NCBI GenBank assembly: GCA_964035545.1
Contig: OZ037770.1
Span: 1,302,001-1,366,000 of the forward strand
Source of the DNA: Bugula neritina
Lineage: Eukaryota; Animalia; Bryozoa
Direction of reading: 5' to 3'
Length of the DNA stretch: 64,000 nt
Every line of letters starts with the position of its first letter. Position 1 is the stretch's first letter. Of the stretch, positions 11,907-24,915 are shown one piece after another. Below the pieces are notes generated by a model. The model was not told where the DNA came from, ran no database searches, and was given only the letters and a program-made list of their open reading frames with translations. The translations under genes and the position numbers were made by a program.

Positions 11907-14900
11907 GGCACTTCTGAGACTTCAGATTTGATAGGCTATCAGATTCAGCAACAATTAGTGCTGATTTACCAAAGGTTAAAGTTCATTGTCTGTAATTTGT
12001 TCATAAAGATGAGAACTTTGAACTAATAATATTTTTGAATTTAGTAAATTCTAAATAGGTATTAAGATTATTTTATTAAATTTTTTCCTGATTAAGTGAC
12101 TAAATACATGGATAAATAATAAATAATGGATAAAACATAGCTACCACAATCAGCAAATTAAAAACAAATTATGCGTATGGTAGACCTTAATCTTAATATA
12201 ATTGTGACTAAGCTGTGAATATAAGATACTATATATACCATAACATTTTACTGCACGTTGGAGTCAATGGCATTTATTTACTAAAACACAGTTGGTTTAA
12301 GGTCATTACTTTCCAGATTCAGGCACTGCTTTATGTTATATATAAACGGTTTCCAGGGGATAGCTCGAACAGTTTTTGTCTCACATTAACAAATTTTACA
12401 TGAAAAGATAGCTCTTGCATTCCTCTTTCATATACTTTTTTAATTTTTCAACAAAAAATTTTCTGAGAAAGTTGTTGCATAATAAGTAAAATTTTACACC
12501 CTCCATGTTCCACTGCTGTAGCACAGGGGATTCATTTTATAAAGTCTAAAAGTTAAACTTGACATTCCTTGATATGTTTTCTCTAATATACTTTCTTTGT
12601 TTTTTGAAATTCTGTTTATGCTCTTCACAATTTGGTAAAAACATACACCATTTTGCAAGTTTCACTGCAATTTTCTAAATTCTTCATATGGTGGTTCTAG
12701 CTACGCTCCTGTGACTAATTATAGCATTCCTTGTACGTTTGCCGCTCTGCGCTATCACAATAACATATAGTACCCTCTCGCACAAATTGGCAATCTATTG
12801 GATTTCTGCCAATATAATGTTCCCTGTTTTACATTAGCACTTAGCTGAATCATCTCACTATGTTACAATAATATATTGAAAATGCCTCAGCACAACATAA
12901 TTCTTTGTTTGTTTGGCAGAGTTAATTTCAGCTAAATCACTTCACTTTGCAGTCTTGTCAGTAAAGGTCTGTCTATAGCACAGCAGGTGTACTTTCAGTT
13001 TCTCTAATTCACATGATTATTTTAAGTACATTGTATTCTATAAGATCAATTTAAGGTTTAGTCCAGTGTTCAGTATCTAATTATTATGCATGTATGTTGT
13101 CTTACTGTTGAACAAAAGTTAAAAAAAACTTTACAATTATAGCCATATTTATTATACATGCGTAGGATTTGCATAAGTTGACAAAAAAAATGCAACAAAA
13201 CAGGGTTGAACCATGACCAACCAACTCGTCGCTGACGCCTCTAACCTCTGGACCACGCAGACATCGTTATTGAGACGCGCACTATATGAGTCACTATCAT
13301 TACATAAATATTTCGCGCGCAAATGGGTTATAATTATTAAGCTGTCAATTCATGTTGATAGCAGTCAACTGTTGCAATAGTTACTAGCAAAGCTAATGGT
13401 TTTGAACAAATAACCCAAAAGTTTAAAAATAAGTAGCTTGCGTATTACTAGCTACAAAAACAGGTCTGAAATAGACTGGTAAAGCAAGCTCTTATTGTAG
13501 AGTTTGCAGATGTGCTCTAAAATAAAACTTAAACTGTATGCTATTACATAAGTATTTGTATGCGAGAGATAAATGGACATTACTGAGTTTCTGGAAAACA
13601 ACATACTTGAAGTTAACTTTGACAATGGTGTGTTATTTTCATCATAGCTAGCCTATAGCATAAATCTCTAATCATATGAATCTTTATGAAGCCCACAGCT
13701 CATGTAAGGGTGGCAATGTAATTTGAAATGAACAATTATGTTGCTGCATTGTGTCTAAGGTATATTAGAGAGCAGAATTTGGTTTTACTAGCCTACCCCA
13801 ACGGCATTCTACAATGCAGCTTATATGCTGGCAGTTGTAATAAGTACTGCCAATAGCAAGGTTACTATCACTGCTAGCTCTGTGCAGTATGTAACCTCTT
13901 GAATAATTGCGCCAATTTTAAACTCTTGGAAGTTGGCCAAGTTATCATATCGCAGCCAGCCACCGGAGACAAAGCATCAGAGCTATTCATATAATATTAT
14001 ACTGATGCACTTGGTAGCAGAGTGGCTAATCTAATATAGTTCATAGTTCAACACCCTTTACTTTGGGAATACAGCCTCTTTTTTTAGGTTTACCTTACAA
14101 AGCATGAAAATATCTAAACTGACATTCTGATAATTTAGAGGTACATTTTGAAAACTAGGTTAATTGCACTTGTTTGCACAACAACAATAATAAAATAGAT
14201 ATTATGCAGTATAATAAAAACACACATAATACTATATAATATATTATAATGATAATAATATAATATTATAAGTACCATTACTGCATTTTATAAATCACAT
14301 GGTTGCCAAAAAAATGTATCACAAATTTTGTAATTATACATCAAAAATAGAACTAGCTAGGCAGCAGGTTAGAATAGAGTAAATTTTTAAAACATGAAAT
14401 CATGATTTGACTATTGTTTTATTTAGGCCAACCAACCTAGGAATGCAAGATTGGGTTTTAGCTGACAGTTTATAAAATTTAGCTTTTGAGCCAGCAGCAC
14501 TGGCACTTGTGAAGTAAAGGCAAAGTTAGTGAAGCGAGACTAGCAAGCACTCAAATACAAGGCATATTGAGACACAATAACAAGTCAGGAGCGTATAAAT
14601 TGAAAAGAATGTGGAAGGGGGACAATGTTTTTCAACAAGCTATAACTTAAACATGAATTGGCTTTTGAAAAAAATAAAAAAGTATATTGGAGAACATAAG
14701 TTTCTTTATCTTTTCATATTTTTTTTGTTCCTGTGACATTCAACCTGTTCGAGCTATCAGTGGAACATTGTTCATATAGAACATAAAGCACCTGGCAAAG
14801 AGCCAGAAAATGAAAAGTATGACCTTAAACCAACTGTGAAGGTCAAAAATTCAAATGTGTTAAAACTAAAGAGTAAACTTGTATATACAGTTTTTATACA

Positions 14901-15959
14901 TATTGTATGTTTCTGTCTATGGTCAATGCACTAGTTTTGCAGTCAATAAACCGAATTATTAGGCTGAAATTTTCCATTTTCAATTATTAATGGATTTGAT
15001 CATTATGTTCTATACATTTTCATGCTGCTTCAACTCCCATAGGTAAAAATAATTTTTGTCAAACAATATAATCTAAATAATACATTAAACATTTTCATTA
15101 TTTTCCTGTCTCATACCCACAATGCACTTACTTCCTTGTCTCCAGAGTAAAAGATCCTGTACTAAAGCAATACCGAACCTATAGTAACTCTGGCAGCTCT
15201 ACCTTCAGTCAGCTCGTCTTTTGAGAATTTAAGTCAGCGAATGCCTGCCGCCAACTGAATCATGAATTCTTTAAAAGGCAGCAACAAGGGACAGCAAGGT
15301 ATCACTAACTGGTCATCAATAGTTAATAATGATTTTAATGCTGAAAACCTATAAGCTGTATTGACCTAAAATGAAGCTAATTCCCGATATTGAATATGGG
15401 TTAATGAACCAATGGTGTGACTGGAACTAGTAAAGGTTTCATCTGATACAATATAGGCAGCAGAGTTTAACCAGCGGCAGCGTATAGTGTAATGGACGGT
15501 AGCAGGCCAATGATTGAGGCAATTAAATAAATGATTATATAAAATATAAAATTATAACACATTCAACTTAATCTACGCAGCAGGCAATTAACAATTAATT
15601 GGCAGATTTTAATAAAATTAGAAGACATATTTTGTATATAATAATAACTATTACGTGCTTTACTAGCCATGTGTTGCAGCATATTTTCTTCTAAGCCAAA
15701 AACTGAATTGATCTAAACTTTGATAATTAAGAAAAATGACTTGATTAATAGCTCCGTTATTGCTAAGAGACACTGGGATTATGTACTCTGATAACCACAC
15801 AATCATCTGGTCACAACTTTTTATTTTCTTAAAAAACATAAAAACTTCAAAACATAGATTTGATATTGTCAAAGGACAATTGTTACTTCCTAAATGTTCA
15901 TCAGGACTCTAGTAGTAGATTGGCAACTATCTGGTAACGCACAATAAGATTGTTATTGT

Positions 15960-18653
15960 CTACTGACACGTGGTGTGACAGAACGTTTTATTCTTCGGCT
16001 CCACCCACTTTACGCGTTTATTATACGACACAGGGTATACATCTCTACATAGGTTTACCATTTTATTCACGCATGTTCGGATTGGCTGCTGATCATGTGA
16101 TTGAGCCGTTAAAGGTTGCTAAAAATGGAATTATAAAGAGTAAAATAATAAAAATTTGAGTTATAGAAGTGCTATTGTAGAGGTACATGGTCACAGAAAA
16201 GTCCAAAAAAAAGAGTTAATTGTTGGTATGCGTTCAAATCTCACGATATTTTTTCAAAACTCAAAATTTTTGCCACAAGTTTGTTATGTCACTAGGGTGT
16301 TTGAGATATGCTTCAGAAAAATAAAATAAAAATAAACTAAAAAATTAAAACAAAGTAAGTAGATGTGCACCATGAAGACACTTTCCTATTAATATTGAAT
16401 CAATTAGTAGAGAGAAGATAAATCTAAACATATCAATATTAAGAGTAAATTATGTATAAAAGAAATATTTAGCTAGCATTGATGCATATTGGTTCTTCTG
16501 AATAATTTGAGTCCACTTGTTAAATAAAGCCTTACATCATTCAGTACTGTCTTCGTTCCAGGGAAAAGTGAGGTTACATAACTGTTAGCTTCTGTTCCAC
16601 AAGTTCGGTCTTGTAGAGCTTGTTCCAGGAGTTTATACTGTCCTCTGGGCCTAGTCTCACAGGCTAAATACAAACATAATCGACAAATCCTGATGAATAC
16701 TAGAAATTTTATTCCAACTACTAAATGATTACATTTGAAAACTCAATTTTTCTCAATTCGGTTGAAAGAGTTGTCAATTTTTAACAGCTTGTATTAAATA
16801 TATCATATAAAAAAGACAAAATGTTGAACAAACAAAAAAATAGCTAAGGAAATTTGAGTGAAAATACTTGGAAAATCCATGATGTAATTACATGAAATTT
16901 CCACTCTAATTAGCTAGCAACACTAACCTATGTTTTTATGGTAAATTGTCTGTAAAGGTAGCCTGGGTTTCATTAAACCGCTGTCACCAGACTTCTTCGA
17001 GTTGCTAGTTGACGACCCGCACTCAGGTTGAACATCACTAGCAGGACCTGAGTCTATATAATTATATAATAATGGTCACATATATATTCTGTAATGCACT
17101 GGTTGGTATAGAATCATGGAATATACTTGTACATATAATTAGGTTCATACACAGATTGCATTTTTAAAGAATAGTTTTTAATGTTATTTTCAAGGCTAGT
17201 TTAGCTTGCAAGCTGTTCAGGAGGGATAATATGCTTTCTACTGGCTTATTACCCTCTAGAAATACTAAATGCACCAATAAAAAGATATAAACTAATATTT
17301 TGTGCTCAAAGTAACTCTGACAGAGTTTCAGGTGTTCAAAACTCATACTATCAATAACAGAGTTCAGACGAACATGTTTGGGCGTGTTTAGACATGTTTA
17401 GACGTGTTTAGACACATTCAGACATGACTAAAGTACTTCTACTCTAAATTACACAGAACGTATATACAATATAAAACCTGTTCTCTTTTCATAGACTCTC
17501 ATAAACACTTCCTGAGGTGTTGGCATATTCTTGTGGTTTTCTATAGATTTGTAACAGGATGGGAGTTGTCTACCTTTTGGATGGCTACAAATACAATCTG
17601 TGATACCACTAACCTGTACAAAACAGGTTACTAGCTTTTCATAATAAGTTAATTAGAAGATTCTGGAAAAACCCACTGCTAGCTGGCAGAGCCAAGTTTT
17701 ACTTTTAAACGACAGTTCAACCTAACGAGTCACATTTGTTTCAAGTTTCCATTCTCTGATGGTAAGAGTATATATTCATAATGACCATGAGTAAAGCATA
17801 ATCTATTTATATTTTGCATGGAGGAAGAAATATAGATCAATCAGTTTATATTTCCTAAAGTTGCTTAAAATGAAACCAAAAGGAGAAGCTACATCTATAA
17901 AGTAAAGAAATTGTACTAAATCATAATGTAAGATATAATGCTCACTATAATAATGTAGAGCACTTGAAAAAAGCAATATTGAGAGCATGAGGAGTTATGC
18001 TCACGTGTAGCTGGTAGTGTACTCTGATTGGCCACTCATACGAGGTTTAACTGCAGCAGACGGCTTTTGACCCAAATACGTCTGCAGATACTCAGCCTTC
18101 CTTTGAGTTCCGCCATACTGTGAGACAGACATTGATATATAATAATGTGTAATATAATATGATATAATATAATACAATATATTGTACTAGTATAATGTAG
18201 AACAGTAGAGCAGAGTGTATAATAAAAATACAATAAACTATGTTAAAACATAATATATTACAACATTATGTATAATATAGTGATTTAATATCAGAAATTA
18301 AATTATAACATTGGCGGTTACTCATGCATGACTAAGTGAGAAAGAAATAGCAAATGATAACATAGTGTAACAACTACTACTTGTATAAATTCAAAAAGTA
18401 GAAACTGGCAATGGACTTGTATGGAAAAGAAATTTGTAAGTCTCAATTTTCATGTGATCAAAGATGACCCTATGACCTCTGCTGCCACACCCACCTGCTG
18501 CTGTGCCCGAGTCTCGTACCAGTTGTGAATGAGCACAGCCGAGTCGGAATAACTGGTTTCCTGCCTCCAGACATCAGTGCACGGCTGAGCTCCCACCTCT
18601 ATTTGCTTCTTTGCAGCGGGCCATACAGTACCATACGTCATGTTGTAACTCAT
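15960..18653 (-). CDS. Uncharacterised 263-aa protein with an N-terminal NWE-like motif; candidate ciliary microtubule inner protein
   Basis: Exons 18653-18495, 18117-18005, 17584-17478, 17053-16928, 16663-16536, 16118-15960 join in phase (792 nt, ends in TAG). Motifs YSDSAVLIHNWYETR, QSEYTTSY and KRVKW. The gene model is well supported; the function is inferred. Confidence 0.75.
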
Positions 18654-19514
18654 TGCGGCTAGAACTCGGGCTACAAGGTGAGTGGAGGGAAAGGGGACAA
18701 CTCCTCACCTACAAATACTCAGACATGGTATGATTAGTTCGACTAATAGTACAACTTTTGATTTACAGTACAACTTTTAAATTTCCCGAACCAAAAAATT
18801 TTAAGTATGATAAAAAGAATTTACGAAATTGCAGGTATTGAAATTGAAAAATTGAATTAAAGTATCTCACTACAAATCACGAAAAACTATTATTTGTTTT
18901 TGTTCTCAGAAAAATATTTATGCCATGAAAAAAAAAGATAGGGTTTCCCAACAACTTTAAGAGTTGTCTTTTCTGATAGAACTTATGAATGGAACACATA
19001 AATAAAAATATCTCAAACAAAGATATAATAACTAGCAAGAGTTTTACTTACCATTCAAGTGATTTAAAAAACCTTCAACTCCGAATAGTACAGAAAGAAA
19101 TCTGATGTACATCTAGCTGAATAGATGGGAATACTCAATCATAGTAAGACGACTCCAAAAGACAAGCTAGGTACAAAACTCTAGCGGTTTTTATGCAAAC
19201 TGTTTCCCGCCCAGCACTTAAAAAACATCACAAAGCTTAAAACTTGTAATTTGTCACATGTATTATAACAACTTTACGTAAAGTTTAAAACTCTTTAACA
19301 ATAATCCACAGCATCAGGTGTTAAAAGCAACATTAAAATATTATATATTAATATATTATATTATATTAGCAATGATAATATAATAATAACATAATAATTA
19401 TGTATCCAACACAGAGTCACATTTACTGCATTACTAAAACATCTCTCTCAGTTCGTTATATTCTGTTATTAACTGGCTTCAAGTGCACATAAAGTGATGA
19501 CATCACTAAGGGCA

Positions 19515-20138
19515 TCACTCCTGAGTCTGATCTTCTTTGTTAAAGTCAAATAAAGTCACTCTCCACCGCCAATAAAACACTCTAGTCCGAGTCCACAGGG
19601 CCTCCCAGCTATCCAGTGCGGGGCGTACGTCCAGCTCCGAAAACCGCATGGTACTCTTATCTACCGGCCCGTCATAGTAGTCTATGATATATCTCACTTC
19701 TTTTCCGCCCCTGTCTACTATCCAGTCGTGTCTGTCGAATGGCAAGTCCTTCCTGTAGACACACAGACAGACTGCTATTTAAGTGAAGACCATAGCACCC
19801 CTGCTGTTAGCAAATCTATGCCAGTGATGAAAAAGGCTATCAGAAAGAATCCCAAAGACTGCTCTAAACTTGGTATTGAGTATCATGATATAGATTTACA
19901 TAATCAGAAACTAACTAAAGCAAGAAATTGAAAATATAACATCAACTGATACAACCATTAAGAAAGCTAACCTGAGTATCCAGTGTCTGAATCTAGCTCT
20001 GGGGGAGTACTCTGTAGCCTTCCCTCCAAACTTCTTCAGTTTAGGAAATGGGCTAGTTTCATCTCTAATGAAAATGAAAGTGTATTAGATAAAGTGAACA
20101 GTCATTTGTGTGCGTGCGTGTGTGTGTATGCGTGTATG

Positions 20139-20169
<31 letters not shown>

Positions 20170-21437
20170 CAGTGTGAGTGAGTGTGTTGTGTGTGTACTG
20201 TGCGTGTGCGTGTGTGTGTGTGTATGACTCGGCTACATATACAGAGTATCTCACACAAACAGGAAGTGCAGACGACAGTCTTACTTGGCGTGGAGAATCT
20301 CCCACTTGAGTATTTCCTGCCACGCCTGCTCGTTGTTAGCGTTGTGTATTCTGATAATGTTAGTCATATCCTGCTGCTCAATATCCCCCTCTTTCCATCT
20401 CCAACCTACGAGAGCACATATCATCCCGCAGTAAATAACCTAACTCATCCAACATGAGAACTCAGGAAACTGACTTTGAGGAATTTAAAGGCATTAGCAG
20501 TAGCTCTTGTAGGACTCAATACACAAAACTATGCTGCAATGTATTATAACTTCAATCACTAAATCTAAGGATATCACACATACTGAGACTATGCCTAAGC
20601 TTTCACAACTGTTGGTCTAAGTTTTAAAATTATTTGGCAGCTAGTGAAACACCTAAAAACTACTCTAACTACTAGTACTGGTCGTTGAGATACCTTTACG
20701 TAGCATAGCGTTCCAGAACATCTGTTCGGAGGGGTACTTCCACGACCCACCCGCCTCGTCGTTTGAGTTTGGAATATTGGAGGGCTGTCGCGTTGTGGAG
20801 AGAGAAAAAGGTTGATCGGGAGCTGGTCTTTGGTTAGGTGGCGGCATCTAATTGGTCGAGAGAGAAATTGAAAAGAAATCAATTTGAAAAAATGAACAAA
20901 AATAAAACAGAATATTAACCTAGGGCTACAATAACTAAAGATGAATAAGAAAATGCTAAGTTGATTTAAAATAAACTGCCTATTTTATTCCACCTAAAAA
21001 GTCATTCCAAGTAAAATTTCTATTAAAACCATCCTGTGATAGCTTAATGTTTCGATTTTATCATTTAAAAATACATAACATCAAACAACTCACCATGTTG
21101 TTTGGGTCAATATAATCAGAATGATTCTCCGCGTGCATTGGACAGCCAGTAGCATACTCTAGTTGTGTGTCTTTCATTGATTGGACAGCATCTGAAGAAA
21201 CAGCCAATCAAATGTACCCACACATAGCTCAACTACATAAACTCACATACAGATAATACTGTATATTATACCTGCAGTAGTCTTGCCAGAGGCTATAGAG
21301 ATATGTTTTTTATGATCCACAGGACAAGCTGGTGCGCTGGCGGGAGAATGACTCTTCGGACAACTGGGCTTCTCACCTGCTGTCGGTAAAATGGCTGCCA
21401 CTGATTCAGCTCTGCGTGTTGACTGCTCAGCCCCCAT
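19515..21437 (-). CDS. HCCS: Holocytochrome c-type synthase (cytochrome c heme lyase), 289 aa
   Basis: Exons 21437-21272, 21191-21094, 20847-20694, 20405-20285, 20064-19972, 19752-19515 (870 nt). Features: MGxxxS myristoylation-type N-terminus, three CP heme motifs, [58 protein letters not shown]. Confidence 0.97.
20105..20223. repeat. (TG)n microsatellite in an HCCS intron
   Basis: Imperfect TG/TGCG run within intron 20065-20284. Confidence 0.95.
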
Positions 21438-23707
21438 CGCTACTGTAATAAGAACTAGAATGCAAAATAAGTATTAATTTTATTTCGAAAATGAAACGTG
21501 ATGTCAATTTGATATGATTTGACTAAAACTAACCTACTGAAAGAAGAAATAAAACCCAAAATCAAACATTGTGTTGAAATGAAACTTGATGTCAACTAAA
21601 ACTGAGGAGCTATTTTAATTGTTCCAAGTTTGAAGTCTGTCATTCGATTATTATTATTTGAACTAAAATTAAAATCTTAATGATTGGTTATGGTTCTCGA
21701 TTATACTTAAACTTAAATTTTTAAAAATAAAGAATAATGAATAAATAATTTTTAATAATAATGAATAATCATAACGGCTATGAATAAATCATATTCATCT
21801 ATTATTACCTACTAAAACAAAAACAAATTAAATGAATATATCCTCTAATTTTAAATTGGAAGCAAAGAGCGTGAACGGCCAAAATAGCAATGCAGTGACA
21901 CAATTAAAGCTGACCTCTGCTGGCTAAATCAAAGTGATACAAGTGAATGAGTGAAATTGAGTCAGGCTAAAGCCTGTCACCTGATCAGGACATGGACATG
22001 GCAGAGAAAAGTGAGTAAAGGCTAGCAATCCTCCAATTTTAAATTGTCACCATTAATCGGGCATCGGAATAGAATTTCCAAATAACAAATACTTAAAGTC
22101 AAATACTAATAAGCAAAAGCCTATGGAGTAGGTTTAATATTTTCATTTTTATTGTTACTAGTAGTATTACTATTAGTATTGCAGAAAAATACTATTAGCA
22201 TGGTCACACTTATAACATCAGTATTACTATCAGTATCACTAGTAACTGAAGACGAAAAATAAATAAATAAATTTTAAATTTATTAATAATAGAATCAGAA
22301 TAAAAATACAACAACGTCTTAAGTCTGGCCAAGAGTAAGAGTAGGTAACAAACAACAAATCAGCAATCAATGTACTGATTCACTCACTCAGTCAAAACTA
22401 ATCATCATACTCACGGCCCGGGCTACTGTAGTCTGTAACTGTAGGTAAGTCAAAGATTCAAAGCCAAAGTGTAACAGTAACAGCAACAGTAGCCAGTTAC
22501 TGTTAGTGTTAGACTTAGTAAAACACTTAGAGTTATACCAATACTATAGTTCTATAGCATTTACTCATGTAGTCAGGTAGCTATAAGTATAAGTATAACT
22601 AATTATTGTAATTTAGAATAATAAATATTTTAAACAGAAAACATAAAAATGATAGAACAAACTCTTGAGCGTAATAAAATACAACAATAGCTATTTAATC
22701 CAATGTATATAGATTTAGTCTACAAAACTCAAAAGTCTCAAGTGACAGCATTTTTCTTCGGCTTGGTAACCATTACATAGTTGCCGGAACCTTTTATTAA
22801 ATTTCGAAAAACTGGCTCGCTAAAGCATAAACTGCTGTTCAGAACTATGACAAACTTTCTTTGCAGTTATCTTAGAATAATACAGTGAAAAAGCACTCGA
22901 TTTTGACTTTTGTAGATACTGAACTAATGTTTGTAACGCGTAGTTTCTAAAACAAAACATGGTATATTAATATTAGTTGTTTCGCAGCTTTTGTTTATGT
23001 TCGAAAGCGTGTATCAAATACCTTAGTCTCATTGGTTTCTAAGTCACGGACCTACAAGATGGACGCTAGTGTGGCCAGGCTACCAGCTACAACATAAAGT
23101 GAAGCATTGTAATTATAGTTAATTATACTGGCAATTATTAGTCATAAATATTGTATCTAGCTGTTTTTGAACTTTATTTTTTGAATTTTAATCTCTCTGC
23201 GTATTTTCCATTTTCTTTACACGAAGCACAGCAAGCATGAACAGATAATGATATCAGTATGAGTGTCTATATTCATATTGATATTGAACAAACTGAAACT
23301 CAAAGTCAAAGTGATACTCATACTGATACTGATCATCTAGCGCTAAGTAACAGAACGAGACTAGCAGTGATATTCATATTTAGCACTCAACTTATTAGTT
23401 GATAGGTAATATAGACAGCTAAATATAAATAAGTAATAAGTAATGAGCTTAATTTATAGTATTCACAAATATTATCAACTTATTGGATTGCTAAAACTAG
23501 ACAGCTGCGAATAGTTAATGCAGTATGAGCATAACTGTGGTCCTGATTAGTAAATTTTAAATTTTGCTTACATGTAGCTCATTTTTGTGGCTTTTTACAT
23601 AGATATCATAATATAATCAGTTTATCTGACATTATTCGGCATGAAACTAACAGCTAATTTTTGTTTTTTTAAGTTATTCATAAAACAAAACACACACAAA
23701 AGTCAGT

Positions 23708-24884
23708 ATGCCACCAAAGAAGAAGCAAGGAAAGAAGTCAGGAAAGAAAAGTGGTAAAGCAAAGAAAGGGAAGAATAAGGAACCAGAAATTACATTCCAG
23801 GAGGCAGTGTTAGCTTACAAGTTAGTAGTGAACATAATATATCAGCTTATAAGTATATACACTTCATGATTCATCAAATAAAGCAATAAACTTGGCTTGA
23901 TAGGTGCCTGTCAGAAAATAGATGCATTTAAAAGGAAGTTATTGATTTTTAGCCAAATCTACTGTAATATTTATTATAGTTATTGCAATTTTTCTGGTAA
24001 AATATTTGTATACCTTGCACTTAGCTTTCTAATAACTTTGTAATATCATTGTGAATTCAGCTTGAATTTATTATTTATATGTGTAGTTTTGAAAACAATT
24101 CATTTTGTGAGACAATTGTTCATTACTTAACTTTTAAGCATTAAACTAATACAAATTGTCTGTTTCAGAATTGGTTTGGTGGAAAAGCAAATTGAAGATT
24201 GGAAATTCGAAGAGAACAATCTAGAAGAACAGAAAGAACGGCTGGCTGAAAGGGTGAGTCATTCTCCTAGTCATGACTAATGTCATGTTACTCTTTGCTC
24301 TAAAATATTATAATTTACAAGATCACTTCAAATTAATTTACTTATTCTATGTGTTGAATAAAATAAACACATATTTTCTGAAAGTCAAGAACTCAAAAAT
24401 GTTTTTGAAATTGTCACTCCTATGTAAAACTTCTGAAGCACATTTCCTTCATTTTTTATTTTTCTATTAACTTCTGAAAAATGTGAAATTGTTTGTGGGC
24501 GTGGTATTACTAATTCATATTTCATAATATAACATATAGTCTTAAAAGGAATTGCAATTTAAAAACATTGATTTTTGGTAAGTTCTTAAACATTGCTTAT
24601 CTTGATAAATAAACTTTGCCATAATTTTCATTATTTTTGTGAAAATGACTTTGTGTACATTAAAGGAATAACTTTATTGGTGAATCATGACCTATATTCT
24701 ATAGAATGAACGTCTGCTAGAAGAACAAGCTCAGTACTGTAAGATCATGCTGAAACAATCTCGAGAGTTTGAGAAAAACAACTTGAGTGCAGATAAAGTT
24801 GGTAAAACTCACGTCATGAATGCGCTGAACGAAAAGTGGGAGGCGTGTAAAGCTGAAGAAGCAAAACTTGAAGGTAGTCCTCTC

Positions 24885-24915
<31 letters not shown>

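Noticed and set aside
13741-13852. Two short hairpins (GCTGCATTGT/ACAATGCAGC; GGCAGT/ACTGCC) suggesting a structured ncRNA
   Set aside because: Stems too short for a miRNA precursor and no convincing snoRNA boxes
19728-20457. Plus-strand ORFs overlapping HCCS
   Set aside because: Antisense to well-conserved HCCS exons or made of (TG)n repeat
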